Shown in pieces: positions 24,400 through 34,235 of a DNA stretch of 64,000 nt. The number at the start of each line of letters is the position of its first letter. Within the stretch, counting starts at the first letter, position 1. Origin of the DNA: Naegleria gruberi (taxonomy: Eukaryota); NCBI GenBank assembly GCA_000004985.1, contig GG738851.1; one strand, given 5' to 3'. The translations under genes and the position numbers were made by a program. The notes below the pieces were generated by a model. That model ran no database searches and was not told the origin of the DNA. It saw nothing but the letters and a program-made list of their open reading frames with translations.

Positions 24400-24620
24400 T
24401 CAGGTTGCAGTCTCAGTTATCCATCAGCTTTAAATGTGATTTTTAATGATGATGATGAATAATGTGGATCCGACATGGATATCTTCATCATGATGATGAA
24501 TTATTTAGTAATCCACATTTTCTTCATCATGATAATGATCATTAAAGCACTTGGACTTGCTCTAACTGTTGCAATTTCTTGGTGGCAGGTGTATCAAGCC
24601 TTGAAACTGATTACATTCTC
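24400..24620 (-). pseudogene. Degraded 3' fragment (last ~30 codons plus 3' flank) of a paralogue of the gene at 28235-28867
   Basis: About 200 bp at 24405-24600 aligns at ~75% with 28150-28330. Copy 1 encodes ...EIATVRASPSAL then a frameshifted NDHYHDEENVDY*. The intact copy reads EIPTVRANPGAVNDHHHDEENGDYYYYK*. The upstream coding part is absent. Confidence 0.5.
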
Positions 24621-24677
24621 CAACTAATTAGTATTATTTCAAGTTGATAAACACTTGAAAAGAGAATATATCATACT

Positions 24678-27533
24678 TTATTCAAAATGTTTCAATTTAC
24701 AAACCTTCCACCATTTCCACATTTTGAGATTGGATGGTTGTCTAGCTTTGGATTTCCTTTTCATTAAAACCACAACTAATATGACAATAAGGATAATTAT
24801 GAGTGCAAGAATTGAAACCACAACTATTGGAACAACCACAGCAGCTGCAATGGCCCCACCACTCATTAATTCTTCCTTTGCAAAATCATTTCTTCCCTCA
24901 GAGGTTGATGGGATTGAAACTACTATAGTTCTAGAAGGATTCGAATACTTATGAATAGAAATTGGAGAAGTAGTTTGAACGGAATCACTGATTATTGTTT
25001 GATTTTTGAAAATTAGATATGATAATGCAGTCAGTTTTCCAACTGTAACTCCGATAGGAATACTTGTTGTAAAGTTTGATGAAAGCAATGGAAACTGATG
25101 GAATGACAAAAATTGATCATCAATATAGTAAGCAATAACTAATTCGATCTGCTCACTGGAATTGAAGTAGCCCAAGAAGTTGTCTTGTACAATACTGAAG
25201 GAAAGCGATGAAGTGATAAATTGAACATAGTCAACCGAAGCATTGAATTGCAACAACATGGAAGAATTAGTGAGATATCTGTACTGACACTGTTCTCCCA
25301 CAATGCCTTTCATACATTTGCAAGTGTTGAAATTTTCACATTCTCCCTGGGAATTGCAAACTGTTGAATCGTTAGATAACTTATCGAAACAAAAGGTCAC
25401 ATTACATGATTCTCCCATCCACTTTGAAATATTGTTGCACTTGCAAGTATCGAATGATAGACAAGTACCATTTCCTTCATTACAAACATGTGTGGAGTAT
25501 TGTTCAATTCCAAAACATGTGGTAAATTCACAATTCTTTCCAGAATATCCTTCATTACATTTACATTCGTCTACATCTATGCATTTACCATTTTGAGAAC
25601 AAACTGATGAGTGGTTATGTAGTATTTCTTTACATTTGAATAGCTGACAATTCTCTCCAAAATAACCCTCCACTTCTCTGCACGAACATTGATTTGGGGC
25701 AAGGCAATTACCTCTTGAAGAACAAACTTGTGAGGAATTCTTCTTAATTCCAAAACAATCAAACATTTCACATTGATCTCCATAATAACCATCATGACAT
25801 GTGCAATTATTAGCAGAAGCACATCTACCATGAGAAGAGCAAACTGAGCTATTATCAAATTTGACTCCAAAGCAATCGAAACTTTCACATTGATTTCCAT
25901 AATAAGCACTGTTGATACATGAGCAATTGTTTGGTGAGGTACATACACCTCTTGAGGAGCAAACAGATGAAGAATTCTTCTTAATTCCAAAACAATCATA
26001 CATTTCACATTGATTTCCATAATAACCATCATGACATGTGCAATTATTGGCGGAAGCACATCTACCATGAGAAGAGCAAACTGAACTATTATCAAATTTG
26101 ACTCCAAAGCAATCGAAATTTTGACAGCTGACTCCATAATATCCTTTCATGCAGGTGCAATTATTTGGAGATGCACAACTTCCACGTGAAGAGCAAACAG
26201 ATGAGGAATTCTTCTCTACACCAAAACAAGCATGCATTTCACATCGATTTCCATAATATCCACCACTACATGAGCAATAGTTTGGTGAGGTACATACACC
26301 TCTTGAAGAGCAAACAGATGAAGAATTCTTCTTAATTCCATAACATTCATACATTTCACATTGATTTCCATAGTAGCCCTCCTCACAAGTGCAATTATTT
26401 CTGGATGAGCATTGCCCATGAGCAGAACAAACATTTGACTGATTTGAAGGAATGTTATAACATTCAAATGAGTTACAATAAGCTCCATGATAACCACTCC
26501 AACATTCACAAGTGTGTGTTGATACATTGAAAGAAGAGAATCGATCACAAAATGGAATAAGCTTTCGAATCTCAGATTGGGTTGCAAAAATGATTTCTCC
26601 ATTAGTGGGACATATTGAGATACTTGAAGGTCCATATATTCTCCCCAATGTAGCAAGAGAACCATCACCACTAGTTCCAGAAGTACCAGTTCCTGCCACT
26701 GTTGTTATAATACCATCCTTTGACACTCTTCTAATTCTGTGATTATTGACATCAGCAATGAAAACAACACCTGTTGGCAGGACATCTAAACCAGCAGGAG
26801 TATATAGCTGTGCATTGACTGCCAAACCACCATCACCACTAAAACCTAGAGTACCAGTGCCAGCAATAGTTGTAACTATTCCATCCTTATCAATCTTTCG
26901 AATTCTATGATTGAATGCATCTGCAAAGTAGATTGATCCAATTGCAGCAGTGATACCTCTTGGAGATGTAATTTTACAATCTTTAGCAAGCGAGCCATCG
27001 CCACCATAACCATAAGATGCTCCAGCAATGCGAACATTGGTTCCATTCTTGAATATTTGCTTGATTGAGTAGTCAGTACCAACCAACACATCATCAGTTT
27101 CACTCATTGTCAAGCTCACTGGAGAGAATGCTGAACCGTATGTTGAAATTATACCATTCTTGTCGACCTTTCTAACAATATTATTGATATTTTCAGTGAA
27201 GAATGTATCACCATCCTTGCTGAATCCAAGACCCATTGGTGAATTAAGTTTAGCATTGATTGCAAGACCACCATCACCTGAATATCCTCTAGAATTAAAT
27301 TGTCCTGCCAACCCAACAGATGTACCATTTGGATACTGGACAAACACATAGCTTTTTACTGTGTGTGCAACGTAGATTTCTCCACCTGAACCACAATGAG
27401 CATAGTATGATTGTTGAATACCACTAATAGGTGTGGCAAGTTTGTACTGAGGGTCATAACATGTGACCACATGTGATACACAATGCACAACTAGAAGGCA
27501 TATTAAGATGAATGAGAGTGTGTAGCCTTGCAT
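24678..27533 (-). CDS. Type I membrane protein: signal peptide, NHL-repeat beta-propeller, about 14 tenascin-type EGF-like repeats, one C-terminal TM
   Basis: The ATG at 27533 starts MQGYTLSFILICLLVVHCVS. NHL motifs include HRIRKIDKDGIVTTIAGTGTLGFSGDGGLA and HRIRRVSKDGIITTVAGTG. The EGF units look like CSSRGVCTSPNNCSC..YYGNQCE..DCFG. The TM is AIAAAVVVPIVVVSILALIIILIVILVVVLMKRK. Confidence 0.8.
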   Translation of the reverse strand: MQGYTLSFILICLLVVHCVSHVVTCYDPQYKLATPISGIQQSYYAHCGSGGEIYVAHTVKSYVFVQYPNGTSVGLAGQFNSRGYSGDGGLAINAKLNSPMGLGFSKDGDTFFTENINNIVRKVDKNGIISTYGSAFSPVSLTMSETDDVLVGTDYSIKQIFKNGTNVRIAGASYGYGGDGSLAKDCKITSPRGITAAIGSIYFADAFNHRIRKIDKDGIVTTIAGTGTLGFSGDGGLAVNAQLYTPAGLDVLPTGVVFIADVNNHRIRRVSKDGIITTVAGTGTSGTSGDGSLATLGRIYGPSSISICPTNGEIIFATQSEIRKLIPFCDRFSSFNVSTHTCECWSGYHGAYCNSFECYNIPSNQSNVCSAHGQCSSRNNCTCEEGYYGNQCEMYECYGIKKNSSSVCSSRGVCTSPNYCSCSGGYYGNRCEMHACFGVEKNSSSVCSSRGSCASPNNCTCMKGYYGVSCQNFDCFGVKFDNSSVCSSHGRCASANNCTCHDGYYGNQCEMYDCFGIKKNSSSVCSSRGVCTSPNNCSCINSAYYGNQCESFDCFGVKFDNSSVCSSHGRCASANNCTCHDGYYGDQCEMFDCFGIKKNSSQVCSSRGNCLAPNQCSCREVEGYFGENCQLFKCKEILHNHSSVCSQNGKCIDVDECKCNEGYSGKNCEFTTCFGIEQYSTHVCNEGNGTCLSFDTCKCNNISKWMGESCNVTFCFDKLSNDSTVCNSQGECENFNTCKCMKGIVGEQCQYRYLTNSSMLLQFNASVDYVQFITSSLSFSIVQDNFLGYFNSSEQIELVIAYYIDDQFLSFHQFPLLSSNFTTSIPIGVTVGKLTALSYLIFKNQTIISDSVQTTSPISIHKYSNPSRTIVVSIPSTSEGRNDFAKEELMSGGAIAAAVVVPIVVVSILALIIILIVILVVVLMKRKSKARQPSNLKMWKWWKVCKLKHFE
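25500..26460 (-). repeat. Internal tandem array of ~117-bp (39-aa EGF) units. Adjacent ~237-bp blocks are over 90% identical.
   Basis: The motif aattcttcttaattcc recurs at 25736, 25973 and 26324, and a variant at 26207. The blocks 25736-25972 and 25973-26206 are nearly identical. Confidence 0.75.
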
Positions 27534-28234
27534 TTTGTTTTTTTCAATTTTTTAACACAATTTGACTCTTGGTGTGAATAAATCGTACTTTCATACTAAT
27601 ACTAACTGCGCTCTGATGACAGAAGATATTACTGTACACCAACAAATTTCAGTGATAAAACATGATAAGACTAACGTGTCATAGGTTGGTTTTAACAATT
27701 GTCATGCTGAATTAGTGTATTGGATCCAATTACAATCCATACATGGCTGTACGAAAGATAATTCGATTACAAAGTTATAACATTAAAAGGAAGAATTTTG
27801 GATTTCTCCTCGGTTTCAGTGACTATCCAACAAGATTGAGATAAACCCAAATTTCAAGTTATGGATTTTCCATGTTTTGATTCCAGAGTTTGCACTTTAA
27901 GACAATAGTATGGTTGTAAAGTTAAATTGATTTGTTTGACATCTCATATGTCCTCAAGTTACTGTAAGTTACAAACAACAATCCAAGGAGATTGATGCCA
28001 AAAGTTGAGAAATTGTTATTGGCAACCTAAACTGTCCCTTGTTTCCTTCAATTTTTCTCCTCTAACATTCGTTCCAATCCAGGTAATAATAACAAGCAAA
28101 GCAATAATAAGATATTAAATCATAATACAATTTTTATTGAGATCAAGTTATCGTCCCATTATCCATCACTTTAAATGTTTTAATGTGATGATGAATAATG
28201 TTCACTCCAACATTGTCATCATTGTTGTGATGAA

Positions 28235-28867
28235 TTACTTATAGTAATAATAATCTCCATTTTCTTCATCGTGATGATGATCATTCACAGCACCTGGATT
28301 TGCTCTAACTGTTGGAATTTCTGGATCGGATGTTGTTGATTGTGATTTACATGTTTGAATGAGAATGTATGATTCCAAAAAGCTTTCAACTCCAGTTCTC
28401 TTTTCCTTCTCAATATCAAATATTGTGATTACATCCAATCCCTTTGGATGAAAGATGATAGAATTTGCGTTAGCGATTAGTCTTTCAATATCATACTTGA
28501 TTTTATCTGTTTCCTTAACTGCCTTTCTTTGAGTTAGCAAATTATTAACTAGATACCACACACCAAATACCACTAACCACAGTCCTAATGTTAAAATACT
28601 TAATATAATATGCACAATTGTAATATATTTAATGAGAGGACTTGGTGTTAATCTCCTCTTCAGGGACTTGATAAGCTTATTCACCTCGCCAACAAAGTTT
28701 TCATATGTAGCCCTTTCTATATCATATTGTTCCAATAATTTAGGGTAAATATCATTATAGTTTTCCGAGTAAGGATTGAAATTACAGTGCCACAGAGAGG
28801 AGGAATCGAAATGACCATGCATCATAATGATTGTACTACTTTTTTTTCTAAGGTTAAACTTATTCAT
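28235..28867 (-). CDS. Small membrane protein (one TM) with an acidic His-rich C-terminus. Hypothetical.
   Basis: ATG at 28867 (MNKFNLRKK...). The ORF-track start at 28876 is a GTG. TM is YITIVHIILSILTLGLWLVVFGVWYLV. C-terminus is NDHHHDEENGDYYYYK. Confidence 0.5.
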   Translation of the reverse strand: MNKFNLRKKSSTIIMMHGHFDSSSLWHCNFNPYSENYNDIYPKLLEQYDIERATYENFVGEVNKLIKSLKRRLTPSPLIKYITIVHIILSILTLGLWLVVFGVWYLVNNLLTQRKAVKETDKIKYDIERLIANANSIIFHPKGLDVITIFDIEKEKRTGVESFLESYILIQTCKSQSTTSDPEIPTVRANPGAVNDHHHDEENGDYYYYK

Positions 28868-29099
28868 TATCAGCACACTCGCACAATTGTTGCGTGTGAA
28901 ATCGTGCTCTCAACGTTGAACTCTTGTGAAATATCCAGTTTGATTGTCGCGTCAATGTGCTACTACCTACTATTCCACATCAGGCTGATGTTGATACAAA
29001 GGAAAACCTCAGTAAAATATGCTATCTACATAATTCCCTTCCTAACAATCCGATTAAACGCAAGAATCTTACAACTGGACTTCAAATAGACTCTACACT

Positions 29100-29891
29100 T
29101 TAAATTAAATTGTGGAGGGAATCAATTAATTGCTGAATGTTTTCTCCCGATTGTGCACTCAGTTCAATAAGTTCAAGATGTTTACAACTTTCCTTAATAT
29201 GATTGAATTGGATAAAGTGTTCGAACAATTGAGTGCTGAAAATACAAGGAGCATCTCTGGAGTATTGTTAATTTTCTCATTTCCTTAAATCAATGAAATC
29301 TTACCTCTTATTCAAAACGACAATGAAATTCTTTTGATCTTTGAGTTTTGCCAATAAATTCAACAATTCAATACATGAAGCTGATAATTGCATTGAATTG
29401 GAAGCATCAATCACAAACTTTTACTTGATTCAGCACCATAAAGATCATTTAAACTTACTACAATAACTTTACACTCCTCAAAGTAACGATGCCAAGTAAG
29501 AATGATTCCTCCTCCAACTTCTCTAATCTTGATCTTCTTAGCCTTTTTCTTTCCAGATCCAATTATTAACTCCTCCAAATTCACTCCATTCGTTGGTAGG
29601 CCATCATAAAACACTAATAATTCACTATTGGTGATCACATCTAATTATTATTAAATTATTATTGAAATATATTAATAAATGATAATATTATTCGGAATTG
29701 TATTATTTTCAAAATCAAACTCCTAAGTAAGTAACAATATAATCCAATTATTATATAAACCTACTCTTCATTTGTTTAATGAGAAAACTCTTTCCACTTC
29801 CTTGCAAACCCAACATTAATACATCCACTCCATTATTATTAGAAGATGAAACAATTCCTCCACTATTACTCCTTGCCAAATTATTGCTCAT
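29100..29891 (-). CDS. Divergent Arf/Arl-family small GTPase, 185 aa. CDS complement(join(29100..29235,29305..29417,29459..29639,29765..29891)).
   Basis: P-loop VDVLMLGLQGSGKSF. Switch II and interswitch IKIREVGGGIILTWHRYF, compared with Arf WDVGGQ..LWRHYF. KVIV|FVIDASNS compared with IFVVDSND. G4 is FIVVLNK|S. G5 is ELSAQSGENIQQL. Introns are 125, 41 and 69 nt. No N-terminal Gly2. Confidence 0.65.
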
Positions 29892-30169
29892 ATTATAATC
29901 ACTCGGATATGAAAACAAATCTTCTCTATTATTGTTATTTCAACTTTTTTATAATTATTTCTTCCCGCCAACAATTTTAAAAATACATACGAATTGTAAA
30001 TTACTAAATTAATTTGAAAATAATTTAAAAATTAAATATAATTAAATAGTACTTGGTTTTGAATTTTGGGATAACGATAGGTAATGGGGCGTAAATGGAA
30101 GTGAACAGTTAAAACTTGCCACGTCCACGCTTCACTTGTCAATTCATCTTGTATTAATCTTTAAAAAAA

Positions 30170-32008
30170 ATGTTTAATTCGAAACTGGCAAGATGGGGAG
30201 GTCTTGTTATTTGTCTTTTAGTTTTGGGAGGAATTTTAATGAATTCCAGTCATATATTAAAGAAGAAACCATTTGGTTTATTAGGAGGTTCGAATACTTC
30301 TAATACGAAAGTAACGACAAATAATCCGACAACAACAACACCAACACCAACAACTCCTACAACAACACCAACATCAAATAACAACATTGAAGATACAGTT
30401 GAAATTTCCCGATTGGAATTGGAAGAATTAAAGATCAGTGCACAATCGTGTAAAGTTCTGAAACATTTTTCAATTGTTTTAATTGATACTGGAGGCGAGG
30501 TACATAAGAAAATTAGACAATTGGTTGGTTCAATCCATCGTTATCATGAATATGAATTATTAATTTATATTTATGGATTGGATCTTGATGAAGCTGCCAA
30601 AGGTGAAATTCATATTTGGAGAAATGTTGAATATTGGGATATTAGAAGTATTTATCAAGTTTCTACTAATGTTGATAGAACTGAGAAGATTATTGCAGAA
30701 TATTGGAAACCTGTGATATTTAAACATAGTGTTGAACGTTTGGGAAAGTTTGTTTACATTCAACCAGGTTATTATCTTTCACAAAAGTTGGAAGTTGATG
30801 CCATTGATGAATATTTGGAAAGACATGGCAGTTTTTATGCATCGCCTGAGTGTAAGGATGCATTGTCTAGTGAGAAATATCTGGCCATTGCTTCAACTTT
30901 TGATGTCGCCATGCATGGTATTCAATTCAATTCTTATGCCTATAAGAATATTTATACACCATTGTATGATTGTGCTAGAGCTCATTGTTCTCAAATTCAA
31001 ATGAAGGATTTGGATGCTGATAAGTTTATTTCTCTATCAGATGATTTGAAATTATCTGTTTTCTGTCAGGATATCACAAAGATTACCAAGTCATTAGTTA
31101 GTACACCACCTGGAGAGAGTGCTTGTTACATTATTAATAGAGAAGATTTTATACTTTCTGGAACTCAATTACCAGGTAGCCCACAAAAGTCATGGCTTGC
31201 CTTTACACCTTCAAAGGATGACAATGGAATCATCAAACAACCAGATGATAAGAGAATTCATGTTGCATTGGGTATACCAACAACTTCAAAGGGACACAAC
31301 CATGTAACTGAAAACCCACTGTTCAAAGTCTTGTTACCATCTCTCAAAAACACAATAGGAAAGAAGGGAACTGAGGAAGGCGACAAGTATGTTTACAAAC
31401 TCTATTTGGCTATTGATCGTGGTGATCCAGTTTACGATAAACCTGAAAATCAAAAGCAATTCAAAGAGTTAGTGAACAGTATGATGAGTGAGTACAATTT
31501 CCACTTCCAAATCATTAGGGTTATCAACTCATATGGTTGGGTTCCAATGCTTTGGAATACAGTTTTCCATCATTCTATTGATGATGGTGCCGATTACTTT
31601 TATCAACTTAATGATGATGTTAGGTTTATTACTCCTGGCTGGACTCAGACACTTATTGATAGACTGGCCAAAAATCCTGTCAGATCTAATTTTGGTGTTA
31701 CAGGACCAACTGATGAAGGAAACAGATCAATATTAACACAAGCTTTCGTCCATCGTACCCACCACAAGATATTCGGCTATTTCTATCCATATGTCTTTAA
31801 GAATTGGTTCAGTGACGACTGGATTTCACTAGTTTACAGAGATTATCATTCATACTTTAAGGATCCTCATCAACCAATGGTTCACAATCAACAAACATTT
31901 GGTACTAGATACGATGTTTGTAATGCTAATGGTAGAGAAAACTTGAATAAGGTTCTTCAATCATCTAAGATCAAAATTAAGGAATATTTGGAATCACACA
32001 AAGAGTAA
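30170..32008 (+). CDS. Type II membrane protein, probably a Golgi glycosyltransferase (DxD-containing). Family uncertain.
   Basis: N-terminal signal anchor LVICLLVLGGILM, then a poly-T/P stalk, then a ~450-aa globular domain with LNDDVRFITPGW. Confidence 0.4.
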   Translation: MFNSKLARWGGLVICLLVLGGILMNSSHILKKKPFGLLGGSNTSNTKVTTNNPTTTTPTPTTPTTTPTSNNNIEDTVEISRLELEELKISAQSCKVLKHFSIVLIDTGGEVHKKIRQLVGSIHRYHEYELLIYIYGLDLDEAAKGEIHIWRNVEYWDIRSIYQVSTNVDRTEKIIAEYWKPVIFKHSVERLGKFVYIQPGYYLSQKLEVDAIDEYLERHGSFYASPECKDALSSEKYLAIASTFDVAMHGIQFNSYAYKNIYTPLYDCARAHCSQIQMKDLDADKFISLSDDLKLSVFCQDITKITKSLVSTPPGESACYIINREDFILSGTQLPGSPQKSWLAFTPSKDDNGIIKQPDDKRIHVALGIPTTSKGHNHVTENPLFKVLLPSLKNTIGKKGTEEGDKYVYKLYLAIDRGDPVYDKPENQKQFKELVNSMMSEYNFHFQIIRVINSYGWVPMLWNTVFHHSIDDGADYFYQLNDDVRFITPGWTQTLIDRLAKNPVRSNFGVTGPTDEGNRSILTQAFVHRTHHKIFGYFYPYVFKNWFSDDWISLVYRDYHSYFKDPHQPMVHNQQTFGTRYDVCNANGRENLNKVLQSSKIKIKEYLESHKE

Positions 32009-32138
32009 AAGAGTAAATATATTGAAATTTTTAAGTAGAGAGGTGTAAACCAATGACTGCCTTGGTATTTGTTCGTGTCCTATACTTCTATGGAATAATT
32101 CTTATATTGTTGAAGAGTGAAATATTAAGGTAAAGAAT

Positions 32139-32256
32139 GGCTACGGCCATATCACGATGAATGCACTTCATCCCGTCCGATTTGAAAAGTTAAGCATCGT
32201 CGAGCCACATCAGTACTGAGGTTGGAGACAACTTGGGAACCTGTGGTGCTGTAGTC
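32139..32256 (+). rRNA. 5S ribosomal RNA
   Basis: GGCTACGGCCATATCACG...CATCCCGTCCGATTTG...AAGTTAAGCATCG...GTACTGAGGTTGGAGACAACTTGGGAACCTGTGGTGCTGTAGTC. The 5' and 3' ends pair to form helix I. Confidence 0.9.
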
Positions 32257-32263
32257 TTTTTTT
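32257..32263 (+). terminator. Pol III T-run terminator (TTTTTTT) of the 5S gene
   Basis: Seven T residues directly follow the 5S 3' end. Confidence 0.7.
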
Positions 32264-32345
32264 GCAAGGAAAAACAAGAATCATACATTTTTGTTTGTAA
32301 ACCTCAACAAAATCAATAGTAACTTCAACTTAGAAAACAAAAAAA

Positions 32346-33353
32346 ATGGAACGCAACCACAGCAAGGATATTCGTAAAGATCCTTCTCCATTATTCGATT
32401 TAAAACTTGAGGCTTCTCCCACTCATTCCCTCATGGTTCATAGAAGAATAGTCTGTAACAAGTCGAAACTCTTAAATATGTTACTATTGAGAGAACAAGA
32501 ACTGGTTGGCCCGAATGAAATTGTTCATACTCTCCGTATTCAACTTCCAATTGAAGATGGTGAAGAGAATGAAGAGTCTCTGATAGAGGAATTAGTTAAA
32601 TACTTTGATCAATGCATTGATTTAATGTACGATCAAAATATTGAGATGAGTACTCATGTTGTGAGAATGGCAATGTTTTTAATGATGGATGCAGATAGAG
32701 TCTTAAAGCGTTGGGCAAAGGGGCTATCTGAAACTCTTAATTCTTCCGATTTGCAATTAATTAAGGGGTTGATTGATGATGAAAGTATTGGTTATTCTAA
32801 CAAGACTATTAGGTGTTTAATTTCATACTATGGAAATCAAATCACTAAGGAATGCAGTATTCCTCAACAAGTTCTTGATGAATTAATTATTTATGGTGAT
32901 TTTCATTCAACCGAAAAGCTTAATGAAGAAGTTGTGGGGTTTTCTCGTAATAGAGATTCTGTAAAAGTTATTCGTTCTGAATTTGTTAATATTGGATTGG
33001 TTTCTAGAGGAGGATATCAAAAATTCAGTGCTTTCGGTGTTGATTGGTTATTGAAACGATTCAATCTGAGTTTTAATGAAGAATTGTTAAAGATTTATGT
33101 TGATGACGATTTTGAGATTTCAGAAACATTGGTTTCTCCTTTGAATATTAGAGTTTACTTTATTTTGTACAGCAAGTATGAACGTGTTTGTGTGGACTTG
33201 AGTAATATTGAACAAATTGAATCTATAGAAAAATATAAGGCGTCCTATCAGGCAAAACATTATTCCAGAAACGGTATGTGCACTTGTTTTGAAAATTTAA
33301 AGGGGTGTGCTAAAGTTTCAGTATATTTAGAAGAGATTGATGATAATGAATAA
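32346..33353 (+). CDS. Hypothetical protein, 335 aa
   Basis: Clean ORF with an A-run before the ATG. No domain recognised. An N-terminal BTB-like region is possible. Confidence 0.45.
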   Translation: MERNHSKDIRKDPSPLFDLKLEASPTHSLMVHRRIVCNKSKLLNMLLLREQELVGPNEIVHTLRIQLPIEDGEENEESLIEELVKYFDQCIDLMYDQNIEMSTHVVRMAMFLMMDADRVLKRWAKGLSETLNSSDLQLIKGLIDDESIGYSNKTIRCLISYYGNQITKECSIPQQVLDELIIYGDFHSTEKLNEEVVGFSRNRDSVKVIRSEFVNIGLVSRGGYQKFSAFGVDWLLKRFNLSFNEELLKIYVDDDFEISETLVSPLNIRVYFILYSKYERVCVDLSNIEQIESIEKYKASYQAKHYSRNGMCTCFENLKGCAKVSVYLEEIDDNE

Positions 33354-33575
33354 ATCCTATTATTAATAGTTAATAAAGGGTTGTTCTAAAAAGAAAAAAA
33401 ACTCAAATAACAATAAAGTTAATATCTAGGAAATTGAATATTAAAGATATGGCACCTTAAACATCCGTGTTCGAATCTAGAAGAGAAATCTGAACAAATT
33501 CGGCAACACCAATAAATGTGAATTTATGAAAAATAGAATAGATTCAAAATTTACACTGGCCACAATATGTGTTTC

Positions 33576-34235
33576 TTATAATTTTGAAATAAGCCCATAC
33601 ATATACCATGTTATTGGGTTTTGAACAACTGAAATCACATCCTTGTCCTTCTTCAGCTCGGTGCTAGCATACTCCAGAGCTCCAATTTTATTTTTAATGG
33701 CCCTCAGCACAACCTGTTTATCATTTCTCATGTTAACACTGGCGAATTCCAGAGCTAAGCCGTTATTTTTAACAGCATTCAACACAATTTCTTTATCGTT
33801 TCTAAATTTATCACTGAGATGTCTCAGAGTCAAGCCATTTCCATCAACCATGAATGAAAGAAACTCTTTGTCTTTCCAAAATTTCAATTTGTTAACCATG
33901 ATTTCAAGAAATTCGTAATCTTCTTCACATACTCCTTGTTGGTAATTCTCTTCTGTTATTCTTTTCCATATTTCTGTAGCTTCTGATTCAGAAATATGGA
34001 AAGACAAGTAATTCCCCAGAAATAGTCCCAAATATCGTTTAATTTGCCTCCTGTCTCTTATCAGATCAATCTTCCAACAAATGTACTGGATAGGAATGGT
34101 GTAGTAGGAATTCATAATCTCTTCCATAGTTGTGTCACCCCGCATCTTGGATTGCAGAGAGGCAGAGGAGAATGAAATATCTACTAGTATGATGACTTGT
34201 GAATCTGGAAAACCATGAGAATAATGAAATGTCAT
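33576..34235 (-). CDS. DUF4116 repeat-containing protein
   Basis: The C-terminal half has tandem ~25-aa repeats: DKEIVLNAVKNNGLALEFASVNMRNDKQVVLRAIKNKIGALEYASTELKKDKDVISVV. This fits the V-L-x-A-V-x-x-N-G-x-A-L-x-Y-A DUF4116 pattern. Confidence 0.6.
   Translation of the reverse strand: MTFHYSHGFPDSQVIILVDISFSSASLQSKMRGDTTMEEIMNSYYTIPIQYICWKIDLIRDRRQIKRYLGLFLGNYLSFHISESEATEIWKRITEENYQQGVCEEDYEFLEIMVNKLKFWKDKEFLSFMVDGNGLTLRHLSDKFRNDKEIVLNAVKNNGLALEFASVNMRNDKQVVLRAIKNKIGALEYASTELKKDKDVISVVQNPITWYMYGLISKL

Noticed and set aside
25577-26671. Antisense ORFs (186 and 151 aa) inside the NHL/EGF gene
   Set aside because: They lie entirely within the tandem EGF-coding repeats on the opposite strand and translate to low-complexity sequence. 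They are by-products of the repeat structure.
27611-27715. Possible box C/D snoRNA (C box TGATGA at ~27618, CTGA at ~27710) in the GC-richer intergenic region upstream of the NHL/EGF gene
   Set aside because: No terminal stem pairs the ends. No convincing D' or C' boxes or rRNA antisense element could be identified by eye. The motifs are short and expected by chance.
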